64,000 bases of DNA from Bacillota bacterium (lineage in GTDB: Bacteria > Bacillota > Halanaerobiia > B1SED10-174), in NCBI GenBank assembly GCA_007122335.1, contig SKTZ01000029.1, positions 5,593-69,592 on the forward strand, written 5' to 3'. The number at the start of each line of letters is the position of its first letter. The stretch's first letter is position 1. A program made the translations under genes and the position numbers. The notes beneath the pieces were generated by a model. It was not told the DNA's origin. It saw only the letters and a list, made by a program, of their open reading frames with translations, and made no database searches. Below, one piece after another: positions 34,605-43,506 of this stretch.

Positions 34605-35573
34605 ATGGCAGTAATGGGCAACTTTGTTTTGATGGCTTTGGTTTTGGGGGGATTATTGTTCTTCTCTTTATTAACCGCCTTTGTGAATAATTTCATTTAC
34701 TTTCCCTTACTTTTTTTTGCTGTTCTTGGGTTCTTGTTTCGTTATGCAAAAGAACTAAAAGAAAAAATCATTCCCAAAATTTCCCGGGAAGATTTATTGC
34801 TGATCCTTTGTGTCCTGGGAGGAACTGTGATTACTTTCCTTCTAAATAATCACCTGGAACTGGGAAGTATAATACCTGCAGCGCTGGTGGGATTGGTTGC
34901 CGCGCTTTTTGCGGGGAAAAAAGCTGGTCCTATTTACTGTGGTGCCTTTGTGGGGATGGCCTGCCAGGAGGTGAGCGGAACTTTTTATTCCATTCTTCTG
35001 GCGGGACTTTTGGCCGGGGGATTATTTGTTTTAAATAAAAATCATTTTAATGGTTTTGGGGGAAAACTTGGGATATTGGCTTTCACAGGGTGTCTCGTAG
35101 TATTTTTCCTTCGGGGGGAAGAATTTTCAAGTCTGATTATTGAAGGTTCCCGGTTAAAATGGATGATAGTTTTTTATTCTGTCCTGGGAGCTGTCCTGAC
35201 CTATTTTGGAAGTTTCAGGTTAAACCAGGGGCCTGTCTTATCTTCTGCCCTTACAGGGTTGGTAGGGGGGATAATTTTACCCTCGATTTTTCCGGAGGTA
35301 GGCCTTTTGCTTGCCGGGGCTATGTTCTGCGGAGCTTTTGTGGGGATGTCTTCTCCAGAACGTTTACCCAATGAAGGTTTTATTGTAATAGCGGCCATTT
35401 TTGCTGGAATTTTCTTTGTTTACAGTTCCTCTTATCTTGGGGGAACAGGTGGAAAATTAGGGGCAATTGCCTTCATAAGCACTATCGGGGTAAGAGGATT
35501 GGCGGATCTATACCTCCAGTTCTGGGTCCCTTACCGGACCAAAGTTGTTTCCCTTCTTTTAAAAAACCTGTAA
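34605..35573 (+). CDS. Polytopic membrane protein of unknown function with internal two-fold repeat
   Basis: About 10 TM helices. The motifs CGAFVGM and G(F/T)GGKLG(I/A)xAF each occur twice at a constant 130-aa offset. Confidence 0.6.
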   Translation: MAVMGNFVLMALVLGGLLFFSLLTAFVNNFIYFPLLFFAVLGFLFRYAKELKEKIIPKISREDLLLILCVLGGTVITFLLNNHLELGSIIPAALVGLVAALFAGKKAGPIYCGAFVGMACQEVSGTFYSILLAGLLAGGLFVLNKNHFNGFGGKLGILAFTGCLVVFFLRGEEFSSLIIEGSRLKWMIVFYSVLGAVLTYFGSFRLNQGPVLSSALTGLVGGIILPSIFPEVGLLLAGAMFCGAFVGMSSPERLPNEGFIVIAAIFAGIFFVYSSSYLGGTGGKLGAIAFISTIGVRGLADLYLQFWVPYRTKVVSLLLKNL

Positions 35574-35826
35574 AAGGATTTCGGGGGTTTTTAGGGAACT
35601 AATTGTATAATTGTACACCGTAGGAAAAGATAATTAAAAAGAGGCTTTTTTCTTCCCCCCTTTTTGGAATAGTTTTTCGGGAGGCGGGAGGAACTCTTTT
35701 CCCTGTAACCCTGTTTTCTTTTCGAAATTTATTCTTTGCAGGGAGAAAAGATTTTTTGTTGAATGAAAAAAAGAGAGTTCTCCAACAGAAGAAGGAGGTG
35801 AAAAGCGCGAAATAGGGCGCTGATTT

Positions 35827-36318
35827 ATGGCAAAAACTATTGAGCAGGAAAACTACCGCGAAAAAGTGGAAGAAATTGTGGCTTTTTTCCCTGAAAAAAA
35901 AGGAGCATTAATACCAGCCCTACAGGCGATCCAAAAGGAATTTGGTTACCTGCCACGTCCCGCTCTGGAGGTTCTTTCAGGATCCTTGCGAATGCCTCTG
36001 AGCACAATTTTTGGAGTGGCTACTTTTTATGCCCAGTTTCATTTGCAGCCCAGAGGTAAACATATTGTCCGGGTTTGTATGGGCACTGCCTGCCACGTTC
36101 GAGGAGGCCAAAAACTTCTGGCGACCCTGGAAAATGAACTTGGAGTTGAGGCAGGGGGAACCACTGAAGATCTGAATTTCACCCTGGAGGAAGTAGCCTG
36201 TATTGGAGCGTGTGGTCTTGCTCCAGCAGTTATGGTAGACGATGAAACATACGGCAGATTGACCTCTGACAAATTAACCGAAGTCCTTGACCAGTACCGG
36301 AAGGGAAAGGAGGGATAA
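35827..36318 (+). CDS. NuoE/HydC-like [2Fe-2S] subunit (formate dehydrogenase gamma-like)
   Basis: ALIPALQAIQKEFGYLP...VCMGTACHVRG...EVACIGACGLAP is the thioredoxin-like 2Fe-2S pattern of NuoE. Confidence 0.85.
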   Translation: MAKTIEQENYREKVEEIVAFFPEKKGALIPALQAIQKEFGYLPRPALEVLSGSLRMPLSTIFGVATFYAQFHLQPRGKHIVRVCMGTACHVRGGQKLLATLENELGVEAGGTTEDLNFTLEEVACIGACGLAPAVMVDDETYGRLTSDKLTEVLDQYRKGKEG

Positions 36319-36324
36319 AGGGAA

Positions 36325-38076
36325 ATGAAAACTCGAGTTTTAGTAGGAATGGGGACCTGTGGAATTGCTGCAGGGGCAAGAAAAGTTATGGAAGCTCTTG
36401 AAAAAGGCCTGCAAGGGGTAGAAGGAGTCGAACTTTTGCCTACTGGCTGTGTGGGCTTATGTGAAAAAGAGGTAGTTGCTGAAATACAAAAAAATGGGGA
36501 AAAAACCATTTATGGTGACCTTACCCCGGAAAAAGTGGAGAGATTGATAGAGGAAGTAGTTTTAAAGGGTAATATAATTGAGGACTGGATTGCTGCCCGC
36601 CCCGAAGAACCCATCCTGGCCAAACAGGAGCGCATTGTTCTGGAGAATTGTGGGCATATTAACCCGGAAAATATAGATGAATACCTGGAAAAAGGTGGTT
36701 ATAAAGGGCTGGAAAAAGCTCTAAAGGATATGACCCCGGACCAGGTTGTGGAGGAAGTAAAAACTTCGGGGTTAAGAGGGCGTGGTGGAGGAGGTTTTCC
36801 CGCCGGCCTGAAATGGCAGTTTGCCAGCCAGGCCCCTGGAGATAAAAAATATGTTGTTTGTAATGCTGACGAAGGAGATCCAGGAGCATTTATGGACAGG
36901 AGCATAAAAGAGGGAGATCCTCATGCTCTCCTGGAGGGAATGCTTATTTGTGGTTATGCCATAGGCAGTGACGAAGGATATATTTATGTCCGGGCGGAAT
37001 ATCCCCTGGCCATTAAACGAATAAAGGTTGCAATGAAACAGGCCGAAGAACGAGGTTATTTAGGAGAAAATATCCTGGAAACAGATTATAACTTCCGGAT
37101 AAAAATAAAAGAAGGCGCTGGAGCGTTTGTCTGCGGGGAAGAAACCGCCCTGCTTGCATCAATTGAAGGGAGAATGGGACGTCCCCGCCCCAGACCGCCT
37201 TATCCGGCCACAAAAGGCCTTTGGAATAAACCGACCAATATTAATAATGTGGAGACCTATGCAAATATTCCTCGAATTATCAGGCGAGGTGGCGAAAAGT
37301 TCGCTCAAATAGGAACAGAGAAAAGTACGGGCACCAAGGTTTTTGCCCTAACGGGCAAAATTAATAATACAGGTTTGATTGAAGTTCCCATGGGGATTTC
37401 AATTAGAGAGATTATTTACGACATTGGGGGAGGCATTCCCGAGGGAAGAAAGTTTAAAGCTGTACAAATAGGAGGACCATCAGGAGGCTGTATTCCTGCC
37501 CACCTGTTGGATCTGCCCATTGATTACGATTCTCTGGTAGAATCAGGGGCAATTATGGGCTCAGGTGGTCTTGTAACAATGGATGAGGAGACCTGCATGG
37601 TTGATGTAGCCTGGTTTTTCCTTAATTTCACCCAGAAGGAATCATGTGGAAAATGCACTCCCTGCAGGGAAGGTACCAAACGAATGCTGGAAATCCTGGA
37701 GAGGATAAAAGCTGGGAAGGGGAAGAATGAGGACATTGAAAGGTTAAAATTTCTTGGCCGCAACATTGTGGATACTTCTCTTTGCGGACTTGGACAAACT
37801 GCTCCCAACCCGGTTTTGAGTACTCTACGCTTCTTTGAAGACGAATATCGGGCCCATATTGAAGAACAACGTTGTCCCGCCGGAGTTTGTGCTGATTTAC
37901 TGCGGTATGTAATTGTTCAGGAAGATTGCAAGCGCTGTTCAATATGTGTAAAAGTTTGCCCGGTGAATGCAATTAGCGGTAAACCAAAAGAAAAGCACCT
38001 TATTGACCAAGAAATTTGCACCAAGTGCAATGCGTGCCTGGAAAAATGTCCTTTTGACGCCATAGTTAAAAAGTAG
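36325..38076 (+). CDS. NuoF/HydB-like FMN- and NAD(P)H-binding Fe-S subunit
   Basis: GRGGGGFPAGLKWQF, CNADEGDPGAFMDR and ESCGKCTPCREG, plus an N-terminal Trx-like domain (GTCGIAAGA...GCVGLCE) and two C-terminal CxxCxxCxxxCP ferredoxin motifs. Confidence 0.9.
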   Translation: MKTRVLVGMGTCGIAAGARKVMEALEKGLQGVEGVELLPTGCVGLCEKEVVAEIQKNGEKTIYGDLTPEKVERLIEEVVLKGNIIEDWIAARPEEPILAKQERIVLENCGHINPENIDEYLEKGGYKGLEKALKDMTPDQVVEEVKTSGLRGRGGGGFPAGLKWQFASQAPGDKKYVVCNADEGDPGAFMDRSIKEGDPHALLEGMLICGYAIGSDEGYIYVRAEYPLAIKRIKVAMKQAEERGYLGENILETDYNFRIKIKEGAGAFVCGEETALLASIEGRMGRPRPRPPYPATKGLWNKPTNINNVETYANIPRIIRRGGEKFAQIGTEKSTGTKVFALTGKINNTGLIEVPMGISIREIIYDIGGGIPEGRKFKAVQIGGPSGGCIPAHLLDLPIDYDSLVESGAIMGSGGLVTMDEETCMVDVAWFFLNFTQKESCGKCTPCREGTKRMLEILERIKAGKGKNEDIERLKFLGRNIVDTSLCGLGQTAPNPVLSTLRFFEDEYRAHIEEQRCPAGVCADLLRYVIVQEDCKRCSICVKVCPVNAISGKPKEKHLIDQEICTKCNACLEKCPFDAIVKK

Positions 38077-38091
38077 AGAGGGGGGAGATAA

Positions 38092-40779
38092 ATGGCGGAA
38101 ATCAGCGTTAAGATCAATGGGCAGGAAGTACAAATTGAAAAAGGAAAAACATTGCTTCAGGCTTGTGAAGAACTTGGTATAGATGTTCCAACACTGTGTT
38201 ATCATCCGCGGGTTGCAATTGAAGGAGCCTGCAGACTTTGCATGGTTGAGGACAAGAAATCAGGACAATTGATTGCTTCCTGTACTCTGGAAGCAGATGA
38301 TGGGATGGAAATAGAGACGGAATCCCCCCGGGTTGTTGAAGCCCGAAAACTGGTTTTGGATTTGCTCCTAGCCTCTCATGATGTTGATTGTTTTGCCTGT
38401 GAGAGAAATGGAGATTGCCGGCTTCAGGATTACTCCTACCGTTATGGAATTGAAAGAACGGCTTTTCCGGGAGAGCGGAGGGAGTTCCCTATTGATAACC
38501 AGAACCCTTTCTTTGAAAGGGATTATAACCGTTGTATCCAGTGCGGATTGTGTGTAAGGGCCTGTCACGAGATTCCCCAGGCCGGGGCCATTGATTTTGC
38601 CAACCGGGGTTTTTCCTCTGAGATAGCAACACCTTTCAATGTTCCCCTGGAGGATTCGACCTGTGTTTTTTGCGGGATGTGTGTGGAATTATGCCCGGTT
38701 GGTGCCCTGGTGCCCCGTTTGGACCGTTTCACCGGTAGGCCCTGGGAGATAGAAAAAGTAAGAACCACCTGTGCTTACTGTGGCGTGGGTTGTCAGATTG
38801 AATTGAATGTTAACGAGGACCGGGTTGTAGGGATCAGTGGCTATGGGGAAAGCGAACCCAATTATGGGGATTTATGTGTTAAAGGTAAATTCGGCTGGGA
38901 CTATATTCACCACCCCGAAAGACTAACCGCTCCCTTGGTCCGGAAGGAAGGCAAGCTTGTTCCAACCAGCTGGGAGGAAGCCCTCGATTATACCGCCCGA
39001 AAATTTAAGGAAATTAAGGAGGAACACGGTGGAGATGCTCTGGGAGGATTGACTTCAGCCAAGTGTACCAACGAAGAAAACTATCTTTTCCAGAAATTTG
39101 TTCGCGCTGCACTGGCAACCCATAATGTTGACCACTGTGCTCGCCTATGACACTCTGCTACAGTAGCCGGTCTGGCTACAGCATTTGGTAGTGGAGCAAT
39201 GACTAACTCTGTTGCGGAAATTGAAAAGGCTCCAGTTATCTTCATCATTGGATCCAACACTACAGAAGCCCATCCTGTAATTAGTTACCGGGTTAAAAAG
39301 GCCGCCCGGGAAGGCAGCAAGATTATTGTCGCCGATCCAAGACGGATTGAACTGGCTGAATATGCTGATATCTGGATGCAGCACCGACCCGGGACCGACG
39401 TAGCCCTGCTGAACGGGCTGATCCACATTATTTTGAAGGAAAACCTTTGGGATCGAAAATTTGTAGAGGAACGAACCGAGGGTTTTTCGGAATTAGAAAA
39501 AGCCGTTTCTAAATTTACTCCGGAATTAGTAAGCCAAATTACTGGTGTTCCAACAGAGCAATTAACAGAAGCTGCCCGCATTTATTCCACCGCTGACGCA
39601 GCTTCAATTCTCTACGCCATGGGGATCACCCAGCACGTTTCTGGGACCGATAATGTTCTGACTCTGGCCAATCTGGCCATGCTGACCGGAAATTTGGGTA
39701 AACCGAATGCAGGTGTAAACCCGCTTCGAGGACAGAACAATGTCCAGGGAGCCTGTGATATGGGTGGATTACCCAATGTGTATCCGGGTTATCAAAAAGT
39801 TGATGACCCCGCAGTCGCAGCAAAATTTGCCGAAAGCTGGGGAAATGTACCCGGAAATGAACCGGGCCTTACAATGATGGAAATGATGGAAGCGGCTGAA
39901 AAGGGAGATATTAAAGCACTGTATATTATGGGTGAAAACCCGGTGCTGAGCGAGCCGGATAGTACCCACAGTAAGGAAAATCTTTCTGCTCTTGATTTCC
40001 TTGTTGTGCAAGATATTTTCCTCAGCGAAACTGCGGAACTGGCTGATGTGGTTTTACCGGGTGTTTCGTTCGCCGAGAAGGAAGGAACTTTTACCAATAC
40101 CGAACGAAGGGTTCAAAGGGTAAGGCAGGGAATCCGGCCTCTGGAAGGAGCCATGGGTGACTGGAAAATTACCCTGGAACTGGCCAAACGAATGGGGTAT
40201 GACTGGAAGTACAATTCCCCTGAAGAAATATTTAATGAGATGGCAGCTTTAACACCTTCATATGCTGGTATTGATTATGACCGGATTGAAAAACAAGGCC
40301 TGCAGTGGCCCTGTCCCGACAAAAATCACCCGGGAACAAGGTACCTGCATCAAGGGAAATTCCCCAGGGGGAAAGGAAAGTTCCACGGGATAGACTTTAT
40401 TCCGCCCGCGGAACTTCCTGACGAAGAATATCCCTTCCTGCTCACCACCGGCCGCAAACTAACCCACTACCACACGGGAACCTTGAGTCGGAGAAGTTCA
40501 GGTCTTTCCACCATAGATCCCGAAGAAATGGTGGAGATCAATCCCAAAGATGCAGAAGCACTCGGACTGGAGGAGGGGGATAAAATGTTAATTGCCTCCC
40601 GCCGGGGAGAGGTGACAGCTCGGGCCAAACCAACCGAAAGAGTTCCGGAAAAAATGATCTTTATGACCTTCCATTTCAGTGAATCTGCTGCAAATGTTCT
40701 TACCAACCCTGTATTGGATCCTGTAGCTAAAATACCGGAGTTTAAGGTTTGTGGTGTAAAAATAAAAAAAGATGAATAA
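38092..40779 (+). CDS. fdhA: Formate dehydrogenase catalytic subunit (molybdo/tungstopterin), selenocysteine-containing: in-frame UGA at 39148-39150
   Basis: Track ORFs 38092..39150 and 39199..40779 share a frame. The junction reads HNVDHCARL[U][20 protein letters not shown], the canonical Sec site of FDH. The N-terminus has NuoG-like 2Fe-2S and 4Fe-4S motifs. The MopB core is followed by a C-terminal molybdopterin dinucleotide-binding domain. Confidence 0.9.
39163..39179 (+). promoter_or_regulatory. SECIS-like hairpin for the fdhA UGA
   Basis: GUAGCC-GGUCU-GGCUAC is a perfect 6-bp stem starting 13 nt after the UGA. The GGUCU apical sequence resembles the E. coli fdhF SECIS loop (GCAGGUCUGC). 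Confidence 0.6.
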
Positions 40780-40780
40780 A

Positions 40781-40810
40781 AAAAGGAGGGGATTTATCCC
40801 CTCCTTTTTT
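40781..40810 (+). terminator. Rho-independent terminator after fdhA
   Basis: AAAAGGAGGGGA-TTTA-TCCCCTCCTTTT, a 12-bp stem including the flanking A/T runs. Confidence 0.85.
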
Positions 40811-40995
40811 GCAGGTTAAAAACTTTTAGAGTAGAAAAAGAATAGAGAGAAAAAGGTAAATCCAAGAGCATTGTTTTCTTTAAGTCGTTAAAGGTCTCTT
40901 TAGATGAATTGGAATTTAGTTTCGTTGTTTTTCTGGCAAAATACTCGGATTAAGGAGAAATTTAAACGAATTAAATAACGGGTATAAGTTTCTTG

Positions 40996-41024
40996 TTGCA
41001 GTATTGATTTATTTGCAATAAAAT
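40996..41024 (+). promoter_or_regulatory. Sigma-A promoter of the mrp cluster
   Basis: TTGCAG, 17-nt spacer, TAAAAT, about 38 nt upstream of ATG 41062. Confidence 0.45.
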
Positions 41025-41061
41025 AGTAAGAGGACTGTTGTGGCTAACGGAGGTTTTACTT

Positions 41062-41553
41062 ATGTTTTTTTCCAAGGATGTCCTGGGAATGACAATAATT
41101 TTATATATTTTCTGGCTCCTTATTTCCTGGAGTTTACACTGGGTTAACCTTTTGCTGGGCTTTACCTTTGCTTTTTTTGTGGCCATCTTTATGGCCCCGG
41201 AAATCATAAAAAAAGAGGAAAGGCCGCCGTTTATTGCCCGAGGATTTTTTTTCCTGCGGTTTGTGTTTATTTTAATAAGGGAGATAATCAAAGCCAACAT
41301 CCAGGTTGTGCAGATTGTCCTCAGTCCCAAACTCAATATAACCCCCCAGTTTGTTGAAGTTAAGCAGGTCATGAGGTACCCGGTAACCCAGGTTTTGTGG
41401 GGCAACTCCATCACGCTAACACCGGGGACTTTAACCATAGATGTTGACGATAAAAAAATCCTGATTCATTTTTTAACCGGGGACCTTGTTTCTCACTTCC
41501 CCGATAACCCCGTTGGTAAAGCACTGGTCGAATTCGAGGGGAGATCAAAATGA
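41062..41553 (+). CDS. mnhE: Mrp/Mnh-type cation:proton antiporter subunit E
   Basis: WGNSITLTPGTLTIDV...ILIHFL is the MrpE signature. ATG 41062 lies 8 nt after GGAGG. Confidence 0.8.
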   Translation: MFFSKDVLGMTIILYIFWLLISWSLHWVNLLLGFTFAFFVAIFMAPEIIKKEERPPFIARGFFFLRFVFILIREIIKANIQVVQIVLSPKLNITPQFVEVKQVMRYPVTQVLWGNSITLTPGTLTIDVDDKKILIHFLTGDLVSHFPDNPVGKALVEFEGRSK

Positions 41554-41813
41554 TTGAAACTGCCTTTTTGGTGGCTGCTATTCTCCTGATGGTGAATGTT
41601 ATATTTTGCCTTTATCGGGCAGCAGTTGGTCCTACTCCGGGAGACCGGGTTGTCGCTATTAATATGATTACAAGTAAGACCATTGCGGTTATGGCCCTGG
41701 TTTCTTTTATGTACCATGAAGAACTGTTTCTTGATGTTGCAATTACTTATACCCTGATCGGTTATACAGCGACCATTTGTGTGGCTAAATACCTGGAATT
41801 GAAGAGGTTATAG
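41550..41813 (+). CDS. mnhF: Mrp/Mnh antiporter subunit F
   Basis: LYRAAVGPTPGDRVVAINMI...DVAITYTLIGYTATICVAKY. ATGA overlap with mnhE. Confidence 0.8.
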   Translation: MIETAFLVAAILLMVNVIFCLYRAAVGPTPGDRVVAINMITSKTIAVMALVSFMYHEELFLDVAITYTLIGYTATICVAKYLELKRL

Positions 41814-41825
41814 GAGGAGCAAGAA

Positions 41826-42146
41826 ATGCGGGAAATAATTGTAATGCTGTTTTTATTCACCGGTGTCTTCTTTTTTACAGTGGGAACAATCGGGGTTTTG
41901 CGCCTTCCCGATGTTTTTTGCCGCCTCCATGCCAATACAAAAAGTGATACCCTTGGTGTTGGTTTGGTCCTTTCTTCTTTAGTGCTTTATGAAGGACTTT
42001 CTTCAGCGGGAGTTAAAATAGTATTTATGATAATTTTTATCTTGATAACCAACCCCACTGCAGGCCATATTATTGCCCGAGCTTCTTATGATACAATTGT
42101 GGATTGGACCGGGCAGCTGGCCCGGCAAAAGGGTGGTGAGGAATAG
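41826..42146 (+). CDS. mnhG: Mrp/Mnh antiporter subunit G
   Basis: GTIGVLRLPDVFCRLHANTKSDTLG...NPTAGHIIARA. Confidence 0.8.
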   Translation: MREIIVMLFLFTGVFFFTVGTIGVLRLPDVFCRLHANTKSDTLGVGLVLSSLVLYEGLSSAGVKIVFMIIFILITNPTAGHIIARASYDTIVDWTGQLARQKGGEE

Positions 42147-42382
42147 TGGCGATCTTAGATCTCCTTTTATTGAGTATTCTTGTTCTCTGTGCTTTGGCCG
42201 CGGTTCGAACCCGGGATCTTCTTGGGGCAGTAATAATATATGCCGCTTATAGTCTTTTGATGGCAATTATCTGGCTACAACTGGGCTCACCTGATGTTGC
42301 GATTACGGAGGCTGCACTGGGAGCTGGAGTTACTACCATACTTATGATTGCCACCATTAGTAAGACGGGGAGGTATGAATGA
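42146..42382 (+). CDS. DUF4040-type small Mrp subunit (MrpA C-terminal / MbhD-like)
   Basis: AVRTRDLLGAVIIYAAYSLLMAIIWLQLGSPDVAITEAALGAGV. The GTG overlaps the mnhG stop. Confidence 0.7.
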   Translation: MAILDLLLLSILVLCALAAVRTRDLLGAVIIYAAYSLLMAIIWLQLGSPDVAITEAALGAGVTTILMIATISKTGRYE

Positions 42383-42735
42383 TGCGTCAAATTATCCCTT
42401 TTTTCTTAACCCTGGTCCTGGGAGCTGCTCTGCTACTGGTGGTCGCCGAAATGCCTCCGTTTGGGGATATAAATAACCCCGCTCATAATGTAGTTAGCGA
42501 ACGCTACCTGAATCAGGGAGTTCGGGAAACCGGAGCACAGAATATTGTCACTGCTATAATCACGGACTACCGTGCCTATGATACTCTGGGAGAGGTCACG
42601 GTTTTGTTTGCTGCTATTGCTGCAGTGCTTACTGTTTTAAACAGGTTGCGCTTGGGAGTAATCTGTCCTGAAGACAGGGAAAGGGGACTGACAGATGAGG
42701 ATGCAGGAGATCCTGATACTGAAGATAGTTGTTAG
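42379..42735 (+). CDS. MnhB-related subunit (MbhE-like)
   Basis: NIVTAIITDYRAYDTLGEVTVLFAA is typical of the MnhB/MbhE N-terminal part, followed by an acidic tail. Confidence 0.65.
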   Translation: MMRQIIPFFLTLVLGAALLLVVAEMPPFGDINNPAHNVVSERYLNQGVRETGAQNIVTAIITDYRAYDTLGEVTVLFAAIAAVLTVLNRLRLGVICPEDRERGLTDEDAGDPDTEDSC

Positions 42736-43126
42736 ATTTGTTATTCCCTTTATCCAGGTCTATGGATTTTATGTAATTACTGCTGGACATCTTAGTCCTG
42801 GTGGTGGTTTTGCCGGGGGAACAATTGTTGCTGCCAGCATGGTTTTATATGCCCTGACTTTTGATGCTTCCCAGGGTCTTGAAAAACTCTCCCATGAAAG
42901 AGCATCCCTGTTTGAGAGTCTGGGAGCTATCTGGTATGTTGCCCTTGGTTTTTTGGGAATCCTTGTCGGAGGTAATTTCCTTACAAATGGGCAGATTGGA
43001 ATTCCTCTTGGCACACCGGGCTACCTGATAAGTGGGGGTTTGATTCCCCTTCTTTCTTTTGGGATTGGAATAAAAGTCGCAGTTACCGTTGTCAGCCTTT
43101 ATTATTCGCTGGTTGAGGAGGATTAG
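42695..43126 (+). CDS. mnhB: Mrp/Mnh antiporter subunit B domain protein
   Basis: HLSPGGGFAGGTIVAAS is the MnhB-domain signature. Start uncertain (41-nt overlap with the previous ORF; ATG 42701 is also possible). Confidence 0.7.
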   Translation: MRMQEILILKIVVRFVIPFIQVYGFYVITAGHLSPGGGFAGGTIVAASMVLYALTFDASQGLEKLSHERASLFESLGAIWYVALGFLGILVGGNFLTNGQIGIPLGTPGYLISGGLIPLLSFGIGIKVAVTVVSLYYSLVEED

Positions 43127-43128
43127 TT

Positions 43129-43506
43129 ATGGCCGAAGCCCTTGCAGCCCTGGGCCAGAATTATTTCTTTTATTATGCTCTTATTCTTTTTATGGTTGGA
43201 TTTTATACCACACTGAGCCATTCAAATATTTTAAAAAAAATCATTGGGATCAATATAATGGAAACCTCAATATTCCTATTTTTTGTTGCCCTTGGTTATG
43301 TTGAGGGTGGGCAGGCTCCAATAATGGGTAGAGGAGCCGAAGGAGGGCCTTATATGAATCCCCTGCCCTCGGCCTTGATTCTTACTGGAATTGTTGTATC
43401 GGTAAGTATTACGGCTTTTGCCCTGGCTTTGATGGTTAAACTTTATCATTTTTATGGAACCCTTGACGCTGATGAAATTGTTATGCTGCGAGGAGAAAGA
43501 CAATGA
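43129..43506 (+). CDS. mnhC: Mrp/Mnh antiporter subunit C (NuoK-like)
   Basis: Three TM helices with IIGINIMETSIFLFFVALG...ALILTGIVVSVSITAFALAL. Confidence 0.8.
   Translation: MAEALAALGQNYFFYYALILFMVGFYTTLSHSNILKKIIGINIMETSIFLFFVALGYVEGGQAPIMGRGAEGGPYMNPLPSALILTGIVVSVSITAFALALMVKLYHFYGTLDADEIVMLRGERQ

Noticed and set aside
35574-35826. The 250-nt leader upstream of the FDH operon as a possible riboswitch (for example molybdenum cofactor).
   Set aside because: I could find only a short hairpin (AGCGC-GAAATAGG-GCGCT) next to the start codon, and no motif I recognise. The evidence is insufficient without a covariance-model scan.
38092-40779. fdhA split into 38092..39150 and 39199..40779, a possible pseudogene.
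   Set aside because: The pieces share a frame, and the interruption is the canonical CARL-UGA-HSATV Sec site with a downstream hairpin. ATG 39199 is an internal Met (AMTNS) with no RBS.
40780-41061. The idea that FDH and Mrp genes form one formate-driven respiratory operon.
   Set aside because: A 12-bp-stem terminator directly follows fdhA, and there is a 250-nt AT-rich gap with its own promoter-like element. No NuoB/C/D/H/I or hydrogenase-type connecting subunits are present. I kept it only as a lower-confidence neighbourhood observation.
40971-41438. A 155-aa minus-strand ORF spanning the mrp promoter region and mnhE.
   Set aside because: It is antisense to mnhE, which has a clear family signature (SITLTPGTLTIDV). 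There is no RBS, and it would run through the predicted promoter.
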